Shown: positions 1-12,485, counted from the whole stretch's first letter. The stretch: 63,221 nucleotides of DNA, filler included, from Olpidium bornovanus S191 (GCA_017911155.1; 23 parts of 23 records of this genome joined end to end with filler, not necessarily neighbours in it); one strand, 5' to 3'. The notes: generated by a model not told the origin, from the letters alone. Translations and numbers: made by a program.

Positions 1-786
1 GGTCGAGTGCGTCGAGACCGCGGCGAGGCTCTTCCGTGCGGTGCCGAGATCCGGTTGCCGAGCCGCCCGCCTGTACGACTCGCTAGGCGAGCTTTACCGC
101 AAGCCTGAGCCGCCAAACATGTCTCCGGGCCAGAAGGCGAAGTCCCTGCGGGACCTACCGAGAGCCGTAAGGATGTTCAAAGAGGCTGCAGAGTTATTCG
201 AGGCGGAGGGAGACGGGTAAGTCTACCCAGGAAGGTTGGGGTCTCCCAAATCCTCCAGGTTTTTTTTTTTGTGGGTCAGTACAGGTTTCGATGCCCGTTG
301 CTGAGATCTGGGCTTTGATATTTGCACGAAACTTTTGCACGTATTCGGGGTGCCCCCAGCCGCTACATATTCTCCCTAGCTAACGTCGCGGCGACGCAAG
401 CGGAGTCGGGCGCGCACGCCGAAGCGGTCAAAACGTACGAGCGCGTCCTGCCACTGGCGAGCGTGAACTCGGCGCTACAGTTCAACGTGCGCAAGTACGC
501 CTTCAACGCCTGCGTGTGCGCGCTGGCCGCGTCTGGGGGTGACTGGGTCGACTTGGAACGCCGCCAGGCCGCCTACGGGGACGCATACCCCGCCCTCTTC
601 CGCGATTCGCGCGAGTTTGCCCTCCTTGCCGGCCTGGCCGCCGCCGTTCGCGAGGGCAACGACGCTGACGCCTTCGCCGACCGGTGCCGAGAGTACGACG
701 CCCTCTCGCCACTCGAGCCCTGGGTCGTTCAGGTCTTCCTCGAGCAAAAGAAGAAGCTCGAGGGCGGTGTCGAGGATTTCAGATAG
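1..786 (+). CDS. SEC17: alpha-SNAP / Sec17 (NSF attachment protein), 5'-partial, exons <1-216 and 360-786
   Basis: Spliced translation reads VECVETAARLF...RAVRMFKEAAELFEAEGDG|RYIFSLANVAA...AVKTYERV...KYAFNACVCALA...FRDSREFALLAGLAAAV...EYDALSPLEPWVVQVFLEQKKKL, matching the C-terminal half of alpha-SNAP. GT donor at 217 and AG acceptor at 358-359 join in frame. Confidence 0.88.
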
Positions 787-1612
787 CGGCGTGGCCCTTA
801 GTTGCGCGAAATACCCCCGAAAGAGGGGGGGAGGGGGTGTGGGCGCTGGGAAGGAAAAACAGCGACAACCGGATTGCCGGACAGGCTTTGCTGTCCGGAA
901 GCGGGAATGTTCCTGGAGTTTTGTTCACTGGGGCCCGTTTCAGGTGCTGCCTTCTGGAGGTAGCGCGGGCGTCGTGGTCAAATTGCGGTTCGGCAAACCT
1001 GACCCGCCCAAAATGCAGTTCTGCATCGGCTGCGGAAATTGGTATGCCGGCGGAAAGGGGCAGCGGCCGACCGGAGGTGTCGGGTTAGACTTACTTGCGC
1101 GGCAGAACTGCCATATAAATACTATGCGAAAAAGTATTTTTAGATGATGTCAAGGATGATGTCAAGTTCACCCTGGTACGTGGCCTGGTGCAGTTACACC
1201 GAAGAATAATGTTCACGGAAAAGGATTTCGAAAAATAGCACTACGTCTCCCAGCACTAAACTTTCCAAAAAAGGTCGGCGCGCACGCAGCAGAGCCAGTC
1301 TTTTGCGTCCTCAATTCCCGCCCACCCGTTCGCCGCATTTTGCCGCGTTTCCCGCTCACAATTCTATATGTGGTGTGACAAGCGCACTCCCCGGCACTGG
1401 CGGAGCCGTCTCACTGGGCACAAAAGTGCGGCCACTGCACTTGGCAGTCGAAAAGGAAGACATCAGACCAACTGACTCTGCGCCGAACGGCGCAAACGCC
1501 GCTTTTTGTCTTCGACTTTTGTCCGCAGGCGGTGCCGAGCGCGCGCAGGGAGCGGGGCGGCGGGACTGGAAGTCGGAGTGGAAGACGTCGGGGGTGGAGG
1601 GCAGCGCGGCAG

Positions 1613-1929
1613 TATTACATCATCAAAATCGAATTAATTGAAAACTGCTCCAGCAGCAACAAAGAGGAGTTACGCGCAAGGGAAATTCATTGTTCGCTTA
1701 CGCAGAGAACAGATACTGAATAATGATTATTCCTGGCAGGTCTTATGCTTAATATTGTGAAGACAACAGAAATAAGTTTGCGGCGCACAAGGCTGTATAT
1801 CGTGAAGCACATAAAGAGAAAATTGCAGCACATAAAGCTGCTTTTGAAATAGACAATAGAGATAAAATTGCTGTGCGGAAAGCTAAATATTATGAAACAA
1901 ACAAAGTAATGCTAGGAGGCGTGCCATAA
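1613..1929 (+). pseudogene. Decayed GIY-YIG-type endonuclease fragment (C-terminal part plus basic helical repeats) resembling giant-virus/phage homing endonucleases
   Basis: AT-rich island in GC-rich DNA. It translates as IKIELIENCSSSNKEELRAREIH, then after a frameshift and stops MIIPGRSYA*YCEDNRNKFAAHKAVYREAHKEKIAAHKAAFEIDNRDKIAVRKAKYYETNK. This resembles the IELIENYPCNSKEEL.ARE...NK.IPGRT.KEY...NKEKI pattern I recall from NCLDV GIY-YIG proteins. The GIY-YIG motif itself is not visible. Confidence 0.55.
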
Positions 1930-2090
1930 CAGCTTTTTGGCGACGTTACGGGGGGCATTTCTAATATTTGGAGATGCCGTCGAACCTGGACTGAAAAAAG
2001 TATGCATCGAGAGATCAAAATCTCGGCTGGTGTTTTGGGTGGAGGGTTAAGGTCTGTTTCAGAAAAACTGGACATTTTTGTCCGGTTATC

Positions 2091-2124
2091 GGTCACGTGA
2101 CCAGCAACCATTTGCGGCCGCAAA
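2091..2124. promoter_or_regulatory. Adjacent perfect palindromes GGTCACGTGACC (E-box/CDEI/CLEAR-like) and TTTGCGGCCGCAAA
   Basis: 12-bp palindrome at 2091-2102 and 14-bp palindrome at 2111-2124 in noncoding DNA. The 12-mer recurs exactly at 15714-15725. Confidence 0.4.
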
Positions 2125-2231
2125 GCACTGCAGGTCCCAACCATTGCGGGGCGCAAACTATGACGTGACTAGCAACCGTTACGACAAAGCTGGAAAGGAA
2201 CACGTGCGTAGCGTTGACTTTCTTGTTTTTA

Positions 2232-2331
2232 NNNNNNNNNNNNNNNNNNNNNNNNNNNNNNNNNNNNNNNNNNNNTTAATTAATTAANNNNNNNNNNNNN
2301 NNNNNNNNNNNNNNNNNNNNNNNNNNNNNNN
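2232..2331. other. Artificial contig linker (first of 22)
   Basis: N44-TTAATTAATTAA-N44. Identical linkers at 4792, 9143, 11018, 13852, 16305, 19986, 21917, 25336, 26715, 30537, 35039, 38667, 40617, 45764, 48464, 49873, 51939, 54509, 55901, 57367 and 60248 (start positions, 100 bp each). Confidence 0.98.
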
Positions 2332-3590
2332 GGGACTCGAAGGAAGGAAATAATGGGCAATGCCGTGACGTGATAGATAAAACGGGACTCTGCAAACTGG
2401 GTCCCAGGCACCTCGCGAAAGGCAACGGCGTCACCGAAACAAACGACGTCGCGGGATCGGAATCGTTTAATACCGTTTCCGAAAGCGCGGTTCGTGGAAA
2501 AAACCGTGCCGAAGATTTCTGGCGGCGTGCCGCTGACAGCCCATCCTGCTATTACTTTGCGGGAAGCGTCTTTCTCAATCACTTTCTGCAAAAGCAAGAC
2601 GGCGCAACTCAGGGAAGGCTCCGACGGCGACGGCGCCGCGGTGGTCGCGGGGATGGCGCTGCGGCGGCGGCTGTGTGGAGGCGAGGGCGCAGCGTCGGAG
2701 AGCAGCGGAAGCGACCGGCGACGGAGAGCCGCGACCAGTGAGTGACGGCGCAGCTGAGTGAAGGCTGAGATGATGGCGGTGCAGAGTGGCGGTGACGCCT
2801 GACAGCAACGCGACGCCGGCAGGCGACGGTTGTGCACGACTGCGGCGACGCGCAGCCGCGTGAAGGGTGCGACTATGGGGTCCGAGTTGGGCTGTCCAAC
2901 GGTGGGCGGGACGAAACTCCCCAGCCGACGATACCGGCGCCCTCCACACAGAGCGCCAGGTTCAAGTGATTGGCGCCTTTGTCAACCGCGAGGTAGTGCT
3001 GCAGTGTGCAAACTTTCTGCGGGCTCGCCAAGCCGAATCCGGCCGCCCGGCCACCCGTCCGTCCTCCCGCCCGGCGCCGGCGCGGCGCGCTGCGGCTGAC
3101 GGCCATCTGGGTCGACATTAGCACGCGGCAGTTTCTGAAGCCATTGGTTGGCCGTCTTAGCAGTCGCAAATTGTCGGACAAAGCCGCCGGCAACGCCCAT
3201 TGCGTACACCGTCCAAAATCTACACCTCCCGCGCCTTCTTGTCAGGGTCGCCGTCCCTCTTGCGCAAAAAGTCGAAGTCCGGAGGAAGGCGGAATTTGAC
3301 CGCAGACTCGCCATACATAACCTAACCGAGGTGGTGAACCGCGGGGTCTTGATGATGAGGCGGGATAGGCAGACGGGGATGCCGCTGTTTTTTTCCCCGC
3401 TACACCAGCGCCGCGGACGGCCAGGCTTGGCCACGCGGGCGCAGTTTTCGGGTAGCACACTCTTCCGTTCACCGGTTTTGGCCGCCCAAGCGGTAATGAT
3501 GCGTGCGCTAGCGCCGTTTTGACAACGTGGGAGACGACCAAGTACTTTGCGTGGGCCAGATTTGCGAAAAGTCGCAACTTCTGCATGGAT
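2332..3590 (-). CDS. Unidentified multi-exon protein-coding gene (partial)
   Basis: Protein-like segments bounded by plausible GT/AG sites: MQKLRLFANLAHAKYLVVSHVVKTALAHASLPLGRPKP | VMYGESAVKFRLPPDFDFLRKRDGDPDKKARE | MAVSRS...LQHYLAVDKGANHLNLALCVEGA | KVIEKDASRKVIAGWAVSGTPPEIFGTVFSTNRAF. Family not recognised. Confidence 0.45.
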
Positions 3591-4744
3591 TCGTCTGTAT
3601 GTTGGTTTGGTGTGAGGGTTACGGCCCGGGTGTCCGCACACAGCCGGGCAACAACAGCAGACTGCGCAAAATTGCCCGTTCCCTCTCGCAACAAGGAACA
3701 ATGGGAATCCCAGTTGATTCGAACCTGATAAGCCAGACCCGTCGGGCGAAAGCAACTTGCCCAACGGTCCAACGGCCGTGCTTCTTTTCCTGCACGCCAG
3801 AAATAAAGTTTTACCGCCCACTCGCCTCCCCCCCACTCCGCCCGACCCCCTTCGCAACGTGGCCTTCCCTTTTTTTCTTTTTTTTACGCTCATTTAGCTG
3901 CCCGCCCAGCCACACGGCTCATGGCACACACGCACATTTTCTCGCCCCGGACTCTCCCGAATCGCCACAACCATCAACGGCGTGTGTGCGTGTGCGTGTG
4001 TGTGTGTTGTGTGTGTGGAGGAGGGGGGGTGGGCAGGCTCAGGGCGGGAAAACAGGATTATTGCTGATTGAAAGCGGACAATTCGCCCCAATCTGTCGTT
4101 CACCAATCGCACCTGAGCGGAGTTAGCGTGGCGGGGCGCACAATGCCGAACGCGGCGCAGTAGCACACGGCGAGCGGGGCCGCGGCGGCGCAAACGTGCG
4201 GGAGCACGCATAGCGTCGTCATAAGCAGGAGAAAGGGGGTGGGGCGGTGGCCCGGCGGCAGGCGAATCGGAGGTGGACCTTTTGTGTCATTCACGCGTTT
4301 TTTTTTTTGTTTTCGTGACCCCCCTTCCGCGCCCGCCCCCTCACTCCTCTTCCCCCCCCCACCTTGCCCCCCTCTGCCCCCCAGCGCCGCCCCCGCTTGC
4401 GCGACCTCCCCTTCCCCTTCCCAATTCCCGTTTCCCCCTGCGCGCACGCCCGTGCTGCCGCCGGCAGAGTAGGAGTAGGAAGGGGGTGGAAGGGAGGGGG
4501 GGGGGGCGGGGGGGCCTGCTGCTCGTGGCGGCCGGGGGGGGTGGCTCCGGGGTGATCTCGCGGGGCGGCCACCTCCCCCCCCCCCCCCCCCCCCCGCCCC
4601 CGCCGCGCGCAAGGCTTCGCCCGCTCTTCCCTCCCCGCCTCGCCTCGCCTCCCTCCCCCCCTCCGCGCGGGCACAAAGAAAGGGGGAAGAGGGAAAGCGG
4701 GCGCGTCGTTCGGCCTTCGCCTTTTTCGGATGCGCACGCCACTG

Positions 4745-4791
<47 letters not shown>

Positions 4792-4932
4792 NNNNNNNNN
4801 NNNNNNNNNNNNNNNNNNNNNNNNNNNNNNNNNNNTTAATTAATTAANNNNNNNNNNNNNNNNNNNNNNNNNNNNNNNNNNNNNNNNNNNNCATGACGTG
4901 AGCGTTGAGACGCCGCAAAGATGCCACATTAC

Positions 4933-5882
4933 CTGCTCCGGCGTCTTCAATGTGAACTGGCTGTTCATATAATACGTCGAATTCCTTCGTCATAAGTAAC
5001 AATGTCGAATGGCCTATGACCGGACAACATATCCCCCATCAGTATAAGCCAACGGCGCTCAACTTGATATCCAATACACTTGCCCAGTCTATGCACTGGC
5101 GTAACCGATGTCACCTGTTATCAACACGAAGATCTCCTCGTCCGGGCTCCACTCCATGCAGGCAATTCCGGTGTCCACTGAGCCACAACAATCAGCCTGC
5201 GTCGAATTTGTTGAGAGATAAGTAGCAAAACCGGAACAAACCCCGAAGTCCCCCGGGCTTAAACAAAACCGGGCACTTCGCGACACGACGCCGATGAGAA
5301 GTTCCCGAGGGCCGAGGACTGAAATCGCACCTGTCCTTTGCAGACGAGGAGAATATCCCCCTGGGCAGTCGCGACGCAAACGGCCTGTTGGAGTTGGAGG
5401 TACCTGATGCCGACGATGGCACTTTGCGCCGGGACCCTTTGTCTGTCAACCACGAGGGGAAGATCGAAGAACTGGGACAAGTCTGCGAAGACGACCGCAG
5501 TGCGCTCTGTTTCGTCCGTAGCGGAACCCGTAGCGTAGCCGGCAGGCGGAACTTCGACATTGACGTGCCATAACGTAACCGAGTTGTTCCCTGCGTCGTG
5601 TCCAGCGTCATAGCATACTGTGGCGACAAAAACCGACGAAGAGTCGGCGTCGACCGTTACTCCCGCCCAGACAGCCCGGCACGCTGAGGGGCCGGCAGCG
5701 GCAGCATCGAAATTCGCTGCGACTTCTGGGCTTCCAATAGGCGTGTCTTCTCTTTGTAAGTGGCTTTTGGCGAGGCTTCGAGGGACGCACTTGTCAGCAA
5801 CTTCCCCCTGTGGAACTCCGAGCGATTTCTCCTTCGCCCACAGGCGACTAGTTGCCTGTGTCAAAAGCGTCAAGTTTCTCAT
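4933..5882 (-). CDS. ELP1: Elongator complex subunit 1 (Elp1/Iki3), N-terminal part, 3'-partial
   Basis: Starts MRNLTLL at ATG 5882. Then IVGIRYLQLQQAVCVATAQGDILLV; exon 2 ADCCGSVDTGIACMEWSPDEEIFVLITG; exon 3 HSTLLLMTKEFDVLYEQPVHIED. These are characteristic Elp1 WD40 motifs, and the GT-AG junctions are in frame. Confidence 0.92.
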
Positions 5883-7371
5883 GGCGCGGTCCCGTTGGCC
5901 GGCGCGCTTCTGTTTCGGCTCTGCCGCGCGTGGCTTGTCTCCTCTCGCGTCGGTGTTTCGGCGGCGTCGGCGGCGTCGGCGGCGTCGTTGTGGCGCGGGT
6001 GGGCAGCGCGACGCAGGCTCTCCTCCTCCTTTTGCCCCCTTTTCCGGCTCGGACACGCACGCCGACACCAAAAAACAAAGGGAGAAAAAAAAAACCCCGC
6101 CTCTTACTTGATCAGGGCACGCACGCCTTGCAACACCCCTCCGCACGGCGGGAAACAGGCGGGTGCACTCCAGCTACTTGGGCATCGAACCCGTGCCGCC
6201 AGCTGCGTGCCTGTCCCACTGCTCCCCACCTGGGCCGTCCCCCTCCCGTTTGCGCCCGCCAGAGCTGCTCAGCTGCGCCTGTCCCGTCATCACCCATACG
6301 GTCTGCGCACCTGGCCCTGCACCGGTCTGGCGCTACCTGCCTGCGTCCCGGCCAATGGGGCATAATTGTTCCTTCCATCCAGAAAAAGAAAAAAACCATA
6401 TGGTCTTTCTGTAGAGAACATCCCTCCGACCACCCACGCGCCACTCAACAGGCGTGCCATTCGCGCCGAGGCGGAATTTGACGTTGTGCACTTCCCCACT
6501 GTGTGCTTTAAGAAAACCGGACAATTGCAGTGAGTTTGGAGGACTCCCGCAGTTCCTGGCGGAAAAGGGCAAGTTGTCCCACAAAACAGAAAGACGTGGC
6601 ATTGTTACCAATTGAAAAACACTGCGGCTTTGCACACAATGTGAAGATCTCTGAATGAGAAGAGGACTTTTGGGGGGTTCAAGGGTTCATTTGCTCGCCT
6701 TCCCCCGCCGCTGTCTGTCTTCTCTATTCTTCCCAACTTTTTACACTTGATCCGCGGCCAAATTACCCGCCTGCCTCGAATCTTAATATGAACCGTTCTG
6801 AAACGATATAAGTGCAATTATAAATATTGCTTGGGAGAGGGACATTTGTCGGGGCGCATGGTCGAGCTCACAATTTTATATTGTGCACTCCATGCCCGCA
6901 ATAACGTTTGTCAGTCATGGAACAGATACAAGGCACTCGCACTGATCTATTTCTTCCTCAAGTTCTCGACAGTTTCAGCTTACTATCAGCGACAGTATAT
7001 TTCGCATTGTGCAAAGTGCACTGCCACTTGCATTGACACAGACCACAAACCTGACGGCATGCCCGTCAAGCACCGGTCACACTCCCTCGCCGAATTGCAA
7101 TCGACACCGCTGCTTGAAATCCTCGTGAGAAAGCCGTGTCAGAAATCTCTGTCGGAATCCCAGTCAAAACTTCCGTCAAATCCCGGTCAAATCTGCATCC
7201 AAGCCTGCCTTCTCTGAGGAAACGTGGGGTGTTCAGCCCTGATCGGCGTATTTTGGGCCAATGTTATCCTCCGCCCAGTAACCAAGGAAGGGCTACGGCG
7301 CCGGAAAACACACCGACAACGAGACCCCCGCCACGCGAGCGTTTTCGCCGAAAGCTCTTCTGCGCGGCAGG

Positions 7372-9142
7372 ATGCCGCCTTCGCCCCCGCTGCCATTGCT
7401 GCCGCTAGAGCTGGCGCATCCGTTGTTCCGTCTGTTGCTGCCGACGAGACCAGCCTCTCCGCATTGCCCGGTGCGCGCACGTTCCGCGTCCCGCTTTGCG
7501 GGAAGAGGGCGACCCGCAAGTGGGCGGCGCCTTCCGCGCATCTGGCCCACTTTGGCCATTCCGGCGCGGACGGCGAGCACGTCCCGACGCGAGATTCCGA
7601 CATTGTACGCGTGCCTCGAACGGATACGGAAACACAACTCAGACATAAATGCGTTCACAGCCTTCCTGGATGCACAGGAATGCCGCGCTGCCCCACGTTC
7701 TGCGGTGGGAAAACGGCCGCTGGATGGCCTGCCGCTCGCCGTGAAGGATAACCTGTGCACCAGGTCGCTCCCAACGTCGTGCGCATCGAACATGCTTCGC
7801 GGTTTTGTTTCTCCCTTCGACGCCACAGCCGTCCGCCTCTTGACAGACGCAGGCGCTGTCGTTGTCGGGAAGACGAACATGGACGAGTTCGGAATGGGGT
7901 TTGTTGACCGTCCAACTTGTCTGCATGGAATCCGCAGTCCTGGACGCTCCTGAATGTTTATCCTGGGCCCTTTATGCAGCTCCGCGAACGTCTATAGCGC
8001 TTATGGGCCTGCATTTAACCCATGGCCGCTGCTCCAAGGCCGAAGTTTCGAAGCAGTTCGCGGCCTCCGCCGGGTTGCTGGTGGGAGCTCGGGAGGTAGT
8101 GCCGCCGCCGTCGCTGCGGGTATGTGTGCATCGTAAGTCTTAGCAGGCGGAACATTACTCGTTTAGCTGTGGTGCCAACTTCTGGGATGAGTGTGCATGT
8201 AAAGGAGCTTGCGAACCGGTGAAATCATGAGCAAGAGCAGCGCCTTCTTGAGAGTCCGCAGGTCGCGGTTGTCCTCGGCAAATGCTGCGCCAGCCGGATA
8301 TCTGAAACTGTTTGTCGTCGCTTCTTGTCGCTCACATCCATCATAACCCAGCGCTCTTGGATCTGACACCGGAGGTTCCGTCCGCCTTCCAGCGGCATAT
8401 TGCGGCGTCGTCGGTCTAAAGCCTTCATACGGCCTCGTATCTCGGCACGGCCTCGTCGCATATGCCAATTCGATGGACACGGTAGGCGTGATTGCGCCAG
8501 ATGTTGACCTGACGTCAAAACTTTTCGGTAAGGTTGCGGAATTTTGTGGTTGCGATTATATTGGTGTCTGACGCGCCATTTTGTCTACGTGGGATTTTTC
8601 GGTCAAGGACACGATAGGATGACTTTGTTAAATTTCCGGCTTCCGTATCTGTTCTCCGGATCTTCAAATATATGAATGATTCACCGCGTGATTCATAGAG
8701 TTAATCTCGAAGCACGATCCATTAGATTCCACGTCGCTGTCAGAAGAACTGCGAGCTGCTCTTCCGAAGACCGACACACCGGCGAAGGAGGGCGATTTGT
8801 CTGGAATGCGCATCGGTATCCCTCAGGTGCGTCTGCCAACGGTTTCTTAGGTGTCCTTGACGAGGAAGTTTGTCTACTTACCCGTTTCGCCGTAAATTCG
8901 TGCACAGGAGTACCTGGTCACCGAACTTAGCCCGTCTGTTTTGCGGGCTTGGAGAGACTGTGTGGGCCGACTTCGAAAAGCGGGCGCGCAAGTCGTCCGT
9001 GTCTCTTGCCCCCACACGCGACATGCGCTTGGCGCTTACTACGTCATCGCGATGGGGGAGGCCAGCTCAAATCTCTCCCGGTACGATGGTGTGCGCTATG
9101 GTGCGTCTCGTCCCATTGCCCTAGGTTACGTTTCGTACCGAG
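7372..9142 (+). CDS. HER2: Glutamyl-tRNA(Gln) amidotransferase subunit A, mitochondrial (GatA/Her2/QRSL1), 3'-partial, at least 5 exons
   Basis: [23 protein letters not shown]|[40 protein letters not shown] (Ser-cisSer-Lys amidase signature) and [22 protein letters not shown]. The N-terminus is Arg/Pro/Ala-rich and presequence-like. Spliceosomal introns are present. Confidence 0.95.
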
Positions 9143-9287
9143 NNNNNNNNNNNNNNNNNNNNNNNNNNNNNNNNNNNNNNNNNNNNTTAATTAATTAANN
9201 NNNNNNNNNNNNNNNNNNNNNNNNNNNNNNNNNNNNNNNNNNCATGATAGATCAATGACCTTTTTACGCGGGCGCGGCTTTCTGCAG

Positions 9288-9900
9288 GAGCGGCTCCGTG
9301 TGCCTCGATGTGATCAACCAAACCTGGTCGCCGATGTTTGGTGCGTCGCAGGAGAAAAAAAAGTCCGCGATTACCGGCTGGCGCTGCGCGTGCTAGCGAC
9401 TGCCGCAGATGAATGATCTGACGTTCAATTGTTCCGTCGTTTGTGGCGGACCCGTGGCGGGAACTGCAGATATGATAAACATATTCGAGGTCTTCCTGCC
9501 ACAACTATTGCGCTACCCGAATCCGACCGACCCGCTGAATGGCGAAGCAGCAGCATTATTGATGCGAGAGCCATCATCATACGAGGCGAAAGTGAAGGGT
9601 GCGTCTTTAGAGCTTGGCTGAGAACTCGCGCGGAGCAAGGAAGCTCTTCGCGAAAATCCTGCCGAACTGCAACGTTGTGCGTGGCAGATGGCGCGCGCTC
9701 AACATTATTATTATTTTTTTTTTTGGCTGCATCGACCTTTCTGCACTTTTCCGCGCGCATCCGCTCCTCAATCAGACTACGTGCAACGGTTTGCGACCAA
9801 GGAGGCGGCGGACGCCGCCGCGGACGAGAGCTCCGAGGAGGAAGAAATGTCGTCCGTGTGCTCGTTTTCGGACGACGAGGCCGCCGGCACGGAGCTCTAG
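9288..9900 (+). CDS. UBC8: Ubiquitin-conjugating enzyme Ubc8/UBE2H, 5'-partial, last three exons
   Basis: [17 protein letters not shown]|[43 protein letters not shown]|DYVQRFATK...acidic tail, ending TAG at 9898-9900. Confidence 0.95.
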
Positions 9901-11184
9901 CCGCTTTTCCTTTCCTTATCGCTCCTTGCGATGGAAACAAAGGGGCTGATGTTGGTTATCCGCCGGACGGAAAATCGTTGTCGCCCGGTTCTAATCATTA
10001 TTCTTCCCCCCCCCCCCCCCCCCTTCCCTCCCCCCCCCCACTCTCAACCCTCTTTTGACACCTTGTTTTACTTGCGAATGTGTTCATTAGCGCCTTTCCT
10101 TCCCACCTTGCACTGTTTTTCTCCTGAATCCACTTTACCCCGTCCAAACAACACGCGGAGAAATCCTCGGATCGCGCAACTTTGAGAGAACCTGAAACCG
10201 AGCGTGGGCGCCGGGTGGCTCGAATGTGCGGTGTGTATTGTCCCCCACTGAAACGACAACACCGGTCGCGCTGCGTTCCCTGCTTGATTCGGGACCGCCG
10301 CACCGGGCGCGACAAACTTCGCAATGTGACGGCGGTGCCACCCCACCTGCGAAACCGAGACCGGTTCCGCGGGGGACGGCCGGGTAGTGGGAAACCGGGG
10401 GAAGATCATCGTTGTACAAGGATCGCACGGCGCGGGAAGAAAGGGGCGTGCGAGCGCTTGTTCCTTTTTTATTTTTATTTTTTGTTTTTTTAGGTGGGGA
10501 AAGGGGCGGGGAGGGGGTGACGTATTTCTCTCCGGTCCCGTTTTTCTCAGATCCGAGACGGCGTGGGGCGGGGGAGAGGGAGGGGACAGCCGGCGAGCTT
10601 GTGCGCACATTGTGCGCTTTCTGCTGCATCGCTTGCTCGACGCTGTTTCGACCGGTGGCAGGTGACCGGGCGGGAGAGAAGGGCCTTCTTGGCTCTTGCG
10701 GGCCAAGGTTGAACCGAGAGCTGCGAGCCCGAAGCTCGACGGGAAGAGTTCAAACCGCCAGAAACCGTGGCTGGGGTAGGGGAGGATGGAGGATGGGGGA
10801 AGATGCGTGGTGGCCAGCGAAGGCGGGGAGATTCCGCAGCGGTTGTTTGGGTTTTTCTAATTGACCTCCTCTCCCTGCCATCGGGTAGCACCTGTTGAGA
10901 TAACTGCAGTAAATTCAGCGTTTTGCTTGCATTCTCTCGGCTTCTCAGTTTCGTGCAGGCGCGAATGGTGCCGGGGCGGGAAGGCGGGATTTTCGTTTAC
11001 AAGGATGGAGTGGGGAGNNNNNNNNNNNNNNNNNNNNNNNNNNNNNNNNNNNNNNNNNNNNTTAATTAATTAANNNNNNNNNNNNNNNNNNNNNNNNNNN
11101 NNNNNNNNNNNNNNNNNAAAAAAAAGAAACCACGCTCCCCTCCCACGCGCTCTTTCCTATTTTGCCATGGCAACGGGCCGCACG

Positions 11185-11244
<60 letters not shown>

Positions 11245-11591
11245 ACCCCCCTCACCCCCGTTTTGAGCACGTTGAAATTTGATCTGTTGCCATTTGGCCC
11301 AAACGCCGGCACGGGGACAACCCGGACAAGCCGTCGGCCGATTACTTTACTGCGCGCACTGTTGCTGGCGGATGCACTTGATCAACGGGAGAATTATTCC
11401 ACATTAGAGTATTTGGATACCAATTAGCTATAGATATGCATTTATTGTTTATTCGAAGTAGCGCTTGCATCCTCCCCGCGGCACCGACCACAGTTCGAGT
11501 CTGGCAGCCAACCCCTCTCCCAAATGTGCCGCTGTCTAGCACATTCCGCATATAAAGAATGGCCCGTAAATACGATTACCAGCTGAGCGCA

Positions 11592-11665
11592 GCTTCCGTG
11601 GCGCAATTGGTTAGCGCGTCCGACTGTTAATCGGGAGGTTGGCAGTTCAATCCTGCCCGGGAGCG
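11592..11665 (+). tRNA. tRNA-Asn (GTT), intronless
   Basis: Acceptor stem GCTTCCG/CGGGAGC, D stem GCGC/GCGC, anticodon arm TCCGA-CT GTT AA-TCGGG, T arm GGCAG-TTCAATC-CTGCC. A T6 Pol III terminator follows directly. Confidence 0.96.
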
Positions 11666-12485
11666 ATTTTTTGTGCAGGAGCTGGGAGAAAGCAACTCTT
11701 CCTTTTCCCCCGTTATTTTTTGCTTGGTAAGGGATTTCGCCGCCCGCCGACGCGGAAACAGTCACACCAGAAGAGAAGAAGAGAAGTTTTCTCGGAAAGA
11801 GATGACCCGATCGCAAACCAACGGCTCCGCGAGCCTGTCTCTCGGGCTCCTGCGCGCAAATCTTTTCTCTGGCTGCTTTCTTTTTCTCCCCGCGGCCCTC
11901 CCTGATAGAAGCGCCGCTAGGGGCCAGCGGGCGCCTCCCCACGAACGCGATGAGGGGCAGCTGGAACGCAGCTCTCGGCGCTCATCTTGCGGAACCGGCA
12001 GCAGCGGCAGCAGCCACGGAGGCGGGAGCCTCTGGAAACCCGAAAGGCCCCCACGAGAAACGCCGGAAGGCTGCCCACGTGTTCACTTTGGAAACCCCCC
12101 ACTCCGCCCCTCTTCCCCCCCGGCCGAAGGTTCGACGGGGTTTTGATCGAGCACGACCGCTTCAGATCCTGCTGCAGGCTCGTTTGCAGGCTGGCAAACA
12201 AAGAAAGAATTTTTTTCTCTTTGGAGGAGAGGAGGGGAACTTTAGGCGTTCTAAGTACGGCTTTTTGCCTTTGCCACCGTAGATTCGCCGCCAGGTGCGG
12301 CTGCGAACTTCGAAGATCGATATTATTTTTCTCCGGCAATCCCGGTTTTTTTGAGATTCGACCCCTCCGAAATTTTCGCGTCTGTTTCGTCCGCTGCCGT
12401 ATTTTTTTTTTTCCTTCTTCTTCTTCTCGGCGGGCAAAAAGAGTTTTTTTTTGGCTGGCCAGAAAAGAAAAAACAAAAAAAAAAA

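Noticed and set aside
1013-1147. MQFCIGCGNW as the start of an Rpb9/Rpc11-type zinc-ribbon subunit
   Set aside because: There is only one CxxC, the obvious splice gives a stop, and no second Cys pair or downstream homology is present.
2276-2287. TTAATTAATTAA recurring 22 times as a possible biological repeat or att site
   Set aside because: It is always centred in exactly 100 bp of N padding and gives stops in all six frames, so it is a concatenation linker.
7372-9142. GatA as bacterial contamination or horizontal transfer
   Set aside because: It has several spliceosomal introns and a presequence-like N-terminus, as expected for the nuclear-encoded mitochondrial enzyme.
11480-11510. GTTCGAGTC B-box-like motif as a second tRNA or a SINE
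   Set aside because: No cloverleaf, A-box or acceptor stem can be built around it.
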